Origin: Klebsormidium nitens
Lineage: Eukaryota > Plantae > Klebsormidiophyceae
DNA: 64,000 bases
Reading direction: 5' to 3'
Assembly (NCBI GenBank): GCA_000708835.1
Contig: DF237119.1
Span: 98,364 to 162,363 of the forward strand
Each line of letters begins with the position of its first letter. Position 1 is the first letter of the stretch. Shown here piece after piece: positions 47,547 to 59,500 of this stretch. Made by a program: the position numbers and the translations under genes. Below the pieces are notes generated by a model, which was given only the letters and a program-made list of their open reading frames with translations, had not been told where the DNA came from and ran no database searches.

Positions 47547-50500
47547 ATGGCTGCGACAAAAGAGCATGTCGCCACCGGCAGGCGGCCCTCGCGGCGTGCT
47601 GGACTGGACGCAGACGAGCTGCCGGTGGCCGGAGAAGTGGACGGCATTCTCGCTGAGCTGGAGGAGCTTATCCACAGCGCTGAGCTGGCGCTCGCCGCCG
47701 GCAAGCACCGGCGCCAGGGCGAGCACGTGTGCACCGCCATGTGCATGAGGATACGGAGCTTGGAAGGGATGTTAGTGGCCGCTCCTGGCGTTGCTGCGGC
47801 GGCCGACAACCCGAGACGTGGTGAGGGTTTCGGGAGCAGGGGGCGGCCCAGAGGCGGTGCAGCTCCACAGGGGAATGAGACCGGTTCTGAAGAGGAGTCC
47901 GGAGGGGGCAGAGAGCAGGGAGGCGGGCCGGGAGATGCAGAGGGGCGAAGGCATTGGTCGGAGGTCTTTGATGAGAAGCAGAGGGAGTTGGTCGGGAGCT
48001 TGGTTGCGCGCTTGCCGGCGATCGTCAAACGGTTCGCCCAAGCGCAGCGAGCGCTTCTGTGCGACGTGGCAGACAATCTGATGCAGGTGAAGAACTCAGT
48101 TTCGTTCGTTCTCTTCTTGTCTACAACTTTTCTTGCTTTTGGCGGACTGATCGAGCATGATACCTCCACGCTGACCTTTTCAAGTATGTCTCATGCACTC
48201 AGTTCTTGCTGCCAATCGTGGCACAGTGCGACATGGCGTGACAATGTAGGGTGGCCACGCTTCTGAAAGAATCCGATGAGGCGCACTTATCCCCAAGCTA
48301 CCATATCCTGACAAATGCGCTGCGTGAAGTTGCAATCCATGACCCAGGGCAGCTAAGACCCTTCTGTGTGCCCATGAAAGACAGTGAACTGGAGAAGTAC
48401 TCTTCGACTAACCCACGGCCCTGACGCTCTGATGTTCAATCTATGGTGTTGCAATACACCAATACTCATTATACAAAAGCTTCTTCTCGTATACCGCCAC
48501 TCATCTGTTCTTTTGAGCCGAGCAGAATGGAATGCTAGTCATGAACGCGTTCTATGTTTGATTGCAGGCTCTGGACCTCCCGCTGGTGATGCAGGAACAT
48601 AAGCCCAAGAAGTCTGAGAAGGGCACCCCGCCCTGGGTCAAGCCCAAGCTACAAACCCCTGAAGGACTACAGGAGCTGGTGAGTAGTACACATTCCGGGA
48701 GGCAAGTCCGATTGCTGGACACACATTTGAAGTGGGACGAGTTGATGCATGAGACACTGCGGCACCACTTGATCAACTGCCTTTCTGCAACATTTTGATT
48801 TCTTGTCGGAGACCTCGTCCGGGAGATCGGTGCAGGGTGCCTGTGTAAGATGGGGTGTTCCTCGGTGTTGAAAAGTCAGTGTTGAGGACTGCTTAAAGGA
48901 GTGTCTAGGTTCCAAGGCAGTCGAGGCAGATCCCCAGAGGGAAAAAGTACATCGAGACAGTTGGAGTGATTGGCCGTTTTCAGCTTTTGTGCTGCACTCG
49001 CTTGTGATGCCACATTCTTTGATGGCTTTGCAGTAGAGGTAAAGAATTGTCTTCTCACATTATCTCTACATCTATCCAACTTTTGCTTTTTCAAAAACCC
49101 TGGCTTTTGTTTTTCTCAAGGTCACCCTGGCGAGAGACACCAAGTTCTGCTCGTACGAGGAAGTGGTGAAGCAGATTCAGCAGGCCAACCAGAGGTCCCG
49201 CAAGAAGCTCGGAGCTGACGACGGGTCGGGGAGCGAAGACTGCGCTCAGGGAGTTGAGCCGCGCGCCGAGACCTGGAGTATCCTGCTGACCTGCCCAGTG
49301 ACCCTCACGAGGATGCAGGTAGCGATCCTTTCTCCGTAGCCTTCTCTGTATCTCTTCCTTGCTCACGCACATTTACTCTGGCTTCTTCTTTGAATGTTGA
49401 GAAAACATGGTGTTGACACAAGAAGGACGTCTTGGTGACGGCTGCCTTCACAGAAACTCCATTTTTTTTTGGGACTCAAAACACGCAGCGGGGAGCAAGT
49501 ATGCTTATCTACGAAGCGTTTCGACCTGCAACGGAATGACCATGTATATAAACTCGTCGGAATACGAGAGTTTCGTACCTAGCCGAATGCAGACTGGCGC
49601 TGCGACACCTTGTCCCCGTGTTTAACAGGCCAGAGTCTTTGGGGTTGAAGTAACACGAGTGCATGATGTAGAACTGAGCTTCCTTTCATCTGTTACAGGT
49701 TCCGGCGCGCAGCCTGGCGTGCAAGCACCTGGAGTGCTTCGACCTGCTGTCGCATCTGCGGAGCAATGCGGGCACGCACCTGAAGCAGTGGCACTGCCCT
49801 ATCTGCAAGAAGAGCGCCACGTGGAACGAGCTCATCGTCGACAAGTACGGTGAGTGACACGTGGAGCGAGCTACGATTGACAGGTCTGTTGAGCGCCAGT
49901 GGAACGAGCATCATTATTGACAAGTACGGTAAGTGCTCTGCACGTTCGAAGATTCTGGCAAAAGCTTCAAGTCAGAAGTCTCCCGTGTGGTTTGCCGATA
50001 CGGAGGGGCGGCTATGCCAATCGACCTTGAATGAATTCTAGACCACGCTGAGTTTACTCTTAACGGTGGTACTCGTCTAGATCGTTAAGGGATACCACTA
50101 TCTTTGTTGCTCTCTAAGAGCTTGATCAGCAAAGGAGCATGGTCGCAGTATCCACTTTTTCGGATCAACAGGCTAGGAGCGAGGTTTATGTAGGGCTTTC
50201 TCGAGAACGCAGTTGGATAATCGCCACCGAGTTTGTGTACTTGTGGGTTAAATGCAAATCGAGATACCTCGTCGTTTTTCATGCCGAATTCTGACTAGTG
50301 GCACTTTGGTCACAACGCTGATTGCTTACTTATAGATGCGGCGCGTCGAATTTAGATCCATCATCCGCAGTCAATGCACCGTTTAAAAACCACTTCGAGT
50401 CAAAATGCAAAGCAAGCTTGCCTTTTTAGCACTAGCTTTCTAGTCGTCAACGTCATTCTGATGAGTATAAGATCTTTACAGAGCTTTTCCTGACGCTTCA

Positions 50501-53500
50501 CCCCTATGCTGACGATATCTCCTTCCTCCCCTCCTGATGCAGTCGAGAAGCTGCTGGCGGACGCCCCCCCGGACGCGTCCGAGCTGGTCATCCGTCCGGA
50601 CGCCAGCTGGGCGGTCAAGTCCGCAGCGGAGACGCTCGAGAAGCTGGGCTTTCTGCGCGAGTTCGTCAATCTGGCGGACTCCGCGGACGATTCGGACAGC
50701 GACGGAGAGGTGCACTCAGCAAAGGCGACGCTCTCCCCCTTTCAGGATCAGGCTAAACCTCCCTCTCCGATTTCGAAGCTTCGAGAAGAGGAGTCGAATC
50801 CAGTGCCGGAGAGGATCCGGGTTGAGCTGGAATTGGCAGATGAGGAAGCACAGGACGAGGGCGAGACGGAGGTTAGTGCTAACCCGCCGGGTCAAGGCGT
50901 AACCAGCGCGGGCGGGTCGGGGTCTGCGAGCCGTCCGGCCACGCCAGAAGAAGGCAGCCCGTTGGGTTCTGGGCTGAGGCATGCGGCCCGTAGATACGCT
51001 GCGCGGCTGCTGAGGAACTTCGTGAGCCCCCCAGAGAAGCAGCCCGGGGTTGCCGCTACTGGCGGTCCTGTGCGCAACGGAGAGCCGGGTCCAGACCTCG
51101 CGCCTGACCCTAAAACGAACCCTTTGGTGCCGGAACGTGGCGGGGAGGCAGCGTCGACAAGTCGGAGATTCTCCCTCGCGACCCCGAGGGTGATCGAGGC
51201 CGAGAGGGGGGGGTTTAGACAGCCGGGTAAGACCAAGAGCGGAACGGAACCCAAGCAGCCGGATGCCGTGCACGGAAGCGATCGCGGCCGAACCGGCGGC
51301 CGCCCTAGTTTGCCGGTAGGACGGCGAGAGCTGGCGGGACTTGACGCGCAGGCTCCGGTCCCTGAGTCGAGACTCCGGGGGAGTAACCCGGAGACTCGGA
51401 GGAATCTCCCTGGGAACAAAGACCCCGGCACCCCAGAGAAGGCTGTTGGGCAGTCCGTGGGGAAGGCGCAGGCGCAGACGAAAGCGAAGACGTTTGGGTG
51501 GGGCGGAGCACGGGTCAAGGGGAGCGGATCGAGAGCGGAAAAAGCTGGAGACGGGGCAAAGCGGGATCAAGTGGGCGGTTTGCAGACGCAGCGGAAAACA
51601 AGCGAGTGGGGGGTGAGGCGTATCAAGGGGATTGGGAAGCGCTCGAAACACGCTTCTAGTGTGAATACGGGCGGCTTGGGGGAGGGGGGTGATGCGGGCG
51701 CGCTCGGAGGGGGGGTACAGCGGGGACGAGGGGCCGGGCGGGAAGGGCAGGGAATCGAGCTCAGCAAGATGGCGAGACATTTGCAGAAAGCGCGGCAGCG
51801 GAAGGAAACGCCTGGAGAAGGGGGAGAGACGGGGCTACGGCGGAAAAGGAAAGCGTCTCGCGACGGGAAGCCTGCTCGGAAGAAGCGGAAGCACGTCAGT
51901 GTGAATGAGCTCGCCGGGGCGGGCCCTCGCAAGCGGGGGAGGCCGCCGAGCGGGGATTCGGAGGCCCCCCGGAAGAAGAACAGAGAAGAGGGCGGCAGTG
52001 CGGGTTTTGGAGCCGGGATCGGATCTGGTGCGGCTAAGGCGACGGGGAAAGTCTTCCCCAGGAAGAGGGACGGAACGTTCGCTAAGGTAGCGGATGCTGG
52101 AGCCAAGATCGTGTCCAAGGGGAGGGGTTGGGTTAGCTTGACGACCGCAAGGGCTGGCCCGGTCAAAAACGGGCCCCGTAACGTCCTTGAGAGCGGCACT
52201 CGCTCGCACAGCGAATCAGACAGCGACGTCCCGATCGCCCGTCTGTCAAAGGGCACGACCCCGGGGAAGGTTAAGGGAACCGCGAAACCGGCGGGTTTGG
52301 ACGAGGGTTTAGGAGAGGGTTTCGGGAAGCGGGTCAGGAAGCAGTCGGTGAGGCTCGGCGAGCCAGTCAGTGCGGTGCAAAGCTCGAGGTCTGGGGGGGT
52401 TTCGGGGTTTGGACCGGATTTGGGTTCCGTATCCGACTCGGGCTTCTTGGCGGCTTCGGGCTTTGGACCAGGAGGCTTGCCGAACGATTCAAGCCCGATC
52501 AAAAGCAAAGTGAACGTCGAGAAACCGAAGGATGGCGGCACAACCCCTGATTCTGCGAGGGGAGAGTCTGCGAGGGGAGAGACGTCTGGTCGCGCTGCGC
52601 AAAGCGGGAGCACTAAGCTTGGAAGGGAGTCGGGTGAGAAAGTCCGAAGGAGCTCTGAGAGTGGGGTAAAAGCGCCGAGCGAAGCAGGGAAGAGCACCCG
52701 GGCAGTCGACAAGAGCACACTCGCCTTTCTAGAGGCGCTGAGCCGAACAGAGCAGAAGCACGAAGAGTACCTGAGGAAGAAGAGTTCGGAGCGGGGGGGC
52801 GCAAACACCGCTGGGAAGACCGCCCCAGAGAAGGGGAGGGGCGAGAGCCGATCGCCTTTGGATCGGGGGGGCGCAAGCACTGCCGGGAGGTACCCCCCAG
52901 AGCAGGAGACTGGTGAGAGCCGAATGCCGGCGACCGGCTTTGAAGTGCCCCTTCCCGAGGCGAGCAATGGGGAGACGCAGCAGGAAGGGGGGGTGAGCGC
53001 AACGGACTGGGAGGCGGTATTTAGGTCTAGATCGACCCCCCCGGAAGTGAGTGGCACTGCACAGGCGAATACAAGACGGGAACCCGAGTCAAGTGCTTTG
53101 TCAGAAAAGGTTAACTCGGACAAAGGAGCGGAGGATAACGGGGCGGATTCCGTGGGCCGGAAAGGCGAAGCGCAAACGGCGGGGTTGGCGGAGAAACAAA
53201 AGGAAGGAAGCGCAGAGAAAGGAGCTGCGGCGAGCGGAAGGGCAACTTTGGGGGCTGCCAATGTGGCGGTAAGTCACGCTGATCACAGATGCACACCCAG
53301 GCACGTACAAGAAATTAATAAGAGGCACGCCATGCCTGTCTCTTCTAGGGAGCGGGCCAAGATTATGGCCTGTCAAACGCCGGATAAAGTCCGAGATAAT
53401 GTCATGTAGCATGTAGGACGTCCGCTGGCTCAGATTAGCCTCGTTGAGGATGGTGCGCGGAACCACAATGAACCAAGTTCAGAAGCGGACGCCCTTTTGA

Positions 53501-56500
53501 GTGATCCTAAAGGCTGCAAGCATCGTGAGAGACTAGGGTTTGTGGTAAGAACTACCGAACTTAGCCGCTGAGAATCAGGGCGGTGGGAACGAAGGGACGG
53601 GAAGGATAAAACAGATGGCCATATCAGTACAGAAGGGGAAGGAAAGTCACTGTAAGGTGCGAGTCCTGTAAAGGTGCCTTTACTAATTCGGGTCTTCTTT
53701 GATGCGTGTCAGGTGTCCCTTCAGAACACGGCCTCATACTCTTGCGACACGATCGCCTGCCATCATCCACACGACGGTGGCATCAAGTCGGTGGCGAATA
53801 AGGGGACGGTCTGGTTCGAAAAAGACTCGATGCAAGTGCAGCTTTCATTCAGGAAAGAGCTCGGGCTGCCACCCCGAATTTGGCCCCTGGAGGACGTCGG
53901 CCTAGTTATGGGCTTCAGGGCAACAGCATCAGAATGGCCATGTCAGGTGAGCTCTGTTATTTTCTACTGGTCCAGTGCACCGATGTTGGCGGGACAAGTT
54001 TAGTAGACTGCCGTTCTTGTTGGAATTCCTTCCTTCTATCTTAGGCTTTTGTTTGACGTGAAAGTCCACTGAATTCAAAATGGTTAGCAAGCGTTTGGGG
54101 CTTGATGTGTTGGAAGAACCGACTGAGGAGGCTCGTCAAATTGCCGAACAAGGGCTCTTTCTTTTCTGTCAGTCCCTTCTGATTGATCTTAAAACCGACA
54201 AAGTGAATTTTTTTTCTGCCGTTCGAAGTTAATCTAGCAATCCTCGACGTCGGAAAAGAGTCTGAACAAGGGCGCTCGTTGGCAGGACCTCGCGTCTCAG
54301 AGGTGCGGCAGAACGGCTCAGTGTGATGTATTCAAGTCCGCCACAGTACGTAGACTCACTTACGAAGTTGGTGATCAGGCAGACCGTTTGAAGCCTTGGG
54401 GTCTTTAATGAAGAGTCGTTTAAGCCCGCGCATGGGTATTTCGGGCGAAATCGCAGACCAGATTGACGACGCCCCAGTACAGGAACTACACTCAGGCGTT
54501 TTGTGTTTGGGCATTGTCGTCAATTGACATACCCAAGGCAATCGCTTCCCACTCTACTCACGGCGACGTGATTACATCCGAGGCTCTTTCACCTTCCCAT
54601 AGACCTGCAGAAGTCTGACCTACCGGAGAAAGCTAGATGTCAGAATGATATCAGAGTGACATCAGCAGGAAATTGCAAATGGCAGGCCGCTGGCATTGCT
54701 TCTCCTTGATCAGCCTCCGTTCCGATGACCTGCTATAAACAGTGTCTCCGGTTATACGCACAGGAGTGCATCGTGATCGCCGTTTTGCTTCAGAAGGCGC
54801 TGTCCCCGGATTCGACGACACAGGGCGGGCGCCAGCGAGGTGAGTTGGCAAGACATCGCAACCTGTGCTGCTATTTGCATTCAGTGTGATCTACTTCGTC
54901 TGGCGAACACCACAGGATGCAACCCAGGCGGACAGATTTTAGGTGTCGAGCTCTCAGGTGGGGGTTTCTTGAAGAGTTTATAGTGCCGCGTCACTGGTAT
55001 AAAAGCCCCGGTTTTTCTGCTAGTACCGTTACCTTTTAGTGAACTGCATCGTTGATGCTGCGATCTACGATCTTCTAACAGAACCGTTCCCACTGGTCGT
55101 CTCCAAGTGATCCCAAGCTTCCCTGCTTGCCTTTCTCTCTCTTGCCCGCCGCAGAGATTCATAATCGCGCGTCAGTCACGTAAGGCGAGTCTGCAAGGCG
55201 TTGCGGAACCTCTGGGCGTCATTGCGCTTTGACGACTGCGTTCGCATGCTCTTTGCAGGTGCAGACCCCGCCTTTATTCTCTTTGAGATCAACGCTGACG
55301 AATGGGGCAGGAAGCAGGCGCCCCCGAAGTGGACCGAGCGCATCACTTTCGTGGATGTCGAGTGAGCTTCCGCTCGTGTCTTTTTCGTCCGGTTCTGTTC
55401 CGCTTGTCCTCGGCTCCTCTTCTTTCAAATCTCGATTTGCAGAAAAGACGCTGCTTCTCGTCCGAATTCTGCTCGTGTCCTTTCCAGACTGCCCTGAATT
55501 GGTTTTGTCTTCAGTCTTGTCCTTGCTTTTTCAACCCCTGTTCCACTCTCTCTCCGTCCGCTCTGATCCGTTCTACTCTTCCGCTGACTGTGAGGGCCAC
55601 ATTCTGACCATCCCTTTTCACATGGATAAAAGTTGCAATGAGGCGTACGCTCAGGGTCTGTTTGAGCTGCGTTTCCGGGAAGCCCGTCTCCATTCTCAAC
55701 ATACAAGGACACTTCCGCTGCTTGCGTGTATAGTGAATGCATCGACGAATGCGTCCGTGACTGAAGTTGTTGGAAAAATGTTAAGAGCTCTAAATTTATC
55801 CAGCGCCGAGTTGCCGCGCATGTTCTGCTCCGCCTCCAAGCCGGGCGCGCTTATGTAAAGCTTTGGTCTCCCCTGTTGCTCTGCGCCGTTGCCTTTCAGC
55901 TCCTCACCTTCGACAGTATCGATGGTTGCTGTGGACGTAACTTCGCTGTAACTGTTCTGTGTTGTCGTCGGGGAAAACGAGCTGCTGCGGTCTTGCCTTT
56001 GCGCGACTAAGGAAACTCTCACAGGGCCGCCGTCCGACTGCGCTGTCTGATTTTAGACTGGACTGTGGTTTTCAGGAGCGACATTGCGGGAAGTACAGGG
56101 TCGCGGGCCCGTGACGTCATTGCCCGCGAGCGGAGGGACGCACTCTGGGACAGGTGAGTCTGCCGGATCGAGCCAGCCTCTTGGCGGGCGAGGTCAGGAA
56201 ACTCCCCGGTGGTGTGCGCTCATCATGACGTCAGCGTAATCCGAATAGCACAAGCTGGTACCCGGTTGGATGTCTTCTTCCGCTGGCACTTGTCACGTTC
56301 GGACTCACCGCCGGTACCCACCCTTGCGTGCCAAGGTTCTTGAAACTGTGGCGAATGCCCGTTTCCGGACAATTATGCGTGGTCAAAAGCAAAGAGCTAC
56401 TTGTCAAAACTTCTGAAATGCAACAACGGCCTTAGCGTCAGCAATGTCGATGACCGTTCAAGAGCACCTCGCAATCATCGTGCATTTGCCAAGTGAACGC

Positions 56501-59500
56501 TGGGTAGCCATTAAAGTCGTGAATAGTGCTTGTTGCGAAGGGTAACTAGACCTGGGTCTGTGCCAGCTTTGGAACCGACCAACTATCGTAATCAACCCGT
56601 TGTATTGTCCGTTTTGTCGATCAAATGCCCAGACCTGCCATCTTTCGTTTCCCGTGCAGAGCTATCGCAGAGTGCACTACTCTCGTAGAACTCCCAAAAG
56701 AAGCGCCTCTCGGTCCGGCCTCACCAGAGCCTGTTCACACCACCCCCGTCAGCGCCCCCAGAGAAAGCGCGCCCGTCACACCGGTTGCTCGGGAAGTCCA
56801 AGAGCCGCCGGCAGTGGAACGGACGTCCAAAGAGAAGGAGTCCCCACCAAACCCCCTGCCGCCTTCTCCGTCCGTTCTCCCAGATACCTTCCGAACAGCG
56901 GAATTGAGGGAAACGAGAGGCGGAAACGGAAGCGAGACTGCGGAAGGTGCTGGCGGCCGGAGGGATCCCCCGGGTGCTGGTCCAAGGCTTGTTGTGAGTG
57001 GAGAGTCGTTGAAGGAGGGCGGGGCGAAGGGAGCCGTCGAAAAGGACGTCCGGAAAGGAGACAAACCGTCCGAAAGCGACCCGCGGACAGCCGACGGTGG
57101 CCCGGCAGGCGAGGGAGCTCGCAAGGAGGAAGCGGGAAAGGGAGCCATAGAAAAAGACGTCCGAAAAGAAGATACACGGTCCGAAAGAGACCCACGGACA
57201 GCTGAGGATGGGCCGGCAAGCGGAGGAGCTCGCGAGGGAGAAGCAGGAAAAAGACCCGTGACGAAAGACGTCCGAAAAGAAGAAAAACCGTTTGAAAGAG
57301 ACACGCGGACAGCTGAGGGTGGGCCGGCAGGTGGAGGAGTTCGTGGCGATGAAGCGGGAAAGCGAGCCGTAACAAACGACGTCCGAAAAGAACATGAACG
57401 GTCCGAAAGAGACCCACGGACAGCTGAGGGTGGGCCGGCAGGTGGAGGAGTCCGCAAGGAAGAGTCAAGAAAGGTAGCCGTGGAAAAGGACGTCCGGAAA
57501 GTAAAGGGATCGACGGTAAGAACCCAGCGGACAGCGGAAGGTGGGCCGGAAAGCGAGGAGAATCGGGAGGACAAACGGGAAAAGGGGGGGATTGCTGAAG
57601 ATGGGGGAGGCAATGCGTTTGCGGAGCGGTGGAGAGCGGGCTTGCAGAAGAAGGACGCTTCCAAGGGCAAAGAGGTAAAACATCGTACGAGCATTCGCTC
57701 TTGGAGGACTATTCTTACTTGTTCTGGCTGCCAATACTTGAGACTATTTTCTAGACTATTTTCGTCTGTAAAAGTCCGGCGGTAAAAGTTGGTGATGCAA
57801 TTCTGGGCTGAGAAATGCTTGATGGACGAATTACGGTCCAATCATGGAAGACCCCGTTGAAGTGCCTGGTCGAGTAGAGACTCACCAACTGGCACCTAAA
57901 CCAAGAGTTGACGCAAGTACAGTATGCCGCCATTTGAGGCTGCTCAGAGGCAATGATTCTAGGAGGGAGGAGATCAAGTTCGGTAGTGGTAGCCGTTTCG
58001 CGGGATTCCCGTTTCAAGGAACCGGCAGAATTGAAAGCCCGTTTCCATGGCTCCTTAAAGGAGGGAAGAGCAATGCGATATTTTGGTCGGACGATGGAAT
58101 CGAGATGACCGATTGTGGTAACAAACCAGTGCCACACTCCCGTGAGAGGGGCGAGACTCAGGCTTGTGTGCGACAAGGTGCGCCCAGAAAATGATCCGCT
58201 GCGCCTCGAACACTCGACTTTCAATGGTCAATCTTTGCATATCGAAGCTCCTTTGCTAGGACTTGCATCAGCCCTTTCATCTCCGGGCCTCCTAAACGCA
58301 GGAACAACGTTTTGTTTCCAACGGGGTGTTCGATGTGTTCCAGATAGGCGGGCAATGTATAATTCACAGTATTCTCGTCAAAAATGTCAATCTCGCACCT
58401 AAATTGGCGTAGCAACACGTTGGCCCTGCATATGACGGTCCCGAACTTTGTGTCCAGGTGCCTCCAGCGCAGACAAGAGAGACTGCGCCCCCGCGGTTCA
58501 ACAGCAACCGCTTGCGTGTGGGCACCTTGACCGTCCGGCAGGGCACCGTCCGCTTCACTCGCGACGGACTGAAAGTTTCTCTGGTGCACCGGAAGCCGGA
58601 ATACTGGTCGGAGCAGCTCGAGTGGCCGTTGGAGGAGCTGGGTCTTGGCTACGCGTCCCTTTTCCCCGCCGCATCGGTAGGAAGTCCGGAAAATGGGATA
58701 GAGCGTCTGAGCTTTGCCATGGTCGGACATCCGGAAAAAGACACAAGAACGTCTGAGCTTTTAACCTTCAATTTCCAACGGAGAGCTGGTTTGCCTTTGC
58801 GATTTGCTTTTGAACTTGAAGCTGTACTGTGTGAGTTCTAAATAAAGTCTGAGAACGCCAGACTTTGGTAGAAGTATGGCTGCGTTAGGGTGTCGAGGAT
58901 TTTGCCGCTTCCACGCGCTTTGGTGCGCGCTTCTTTGCACTTGCTACTGAGATGGAACGTTTAGTAAATCTTAAGTTCAGCGGAAATTTCATGAGCGGAC
59001 CGGATCACCGAGCCGCAGAATTCGTCCTTGAGGGGTTTGCTTGGAAAGAAGAACACAATAGATGCTTTCATTTCCTGCTGTCTCGTCAGCCCTACGTCAC
59101 GGCTATACTCACGCAATGTAACTGTAAGGCGGCGAAGGCTGATCAGCGTAACCCGTTTCTTAGAGAGGATGTTTTACTTCCGGATGCACGAATATTTGCT
59201 GCAGAAAACTTACATAGGCAAGTCCTTGAACCACTCTTCAAGTTGGGATCCCCTCCCGACCTGCAGCAGATGCGAAAATACCTATTGTCTGCGCAACTGC
59301 GAGTTTCCGAACCCCCTGAGTTTTTGACGCTTGGAGCGCAACAGCATCTCGGGCTGGTCCTTTGCAGGATGTTTCTTCTCTACAGATTCACCAAAGCTTA
59401 GATATAGCGAGGTCGTACCCTTGCACAAAACACCTAACTCTCAAATCACCTGCTCCGCAGCCGTACCCACCCTAAACCCCCAATGTAACCCCACCCCTCC

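Noticed and set aside
50716-53261. Long antisense ORFs (354, 208 and 564 aa) opposite the large SP-RING exon, and similar ones at 56721-57841
   Set aside because: These are shadows of purine-rich, GC-rich sense codons. They are low complexity and have no motifs or splice support.
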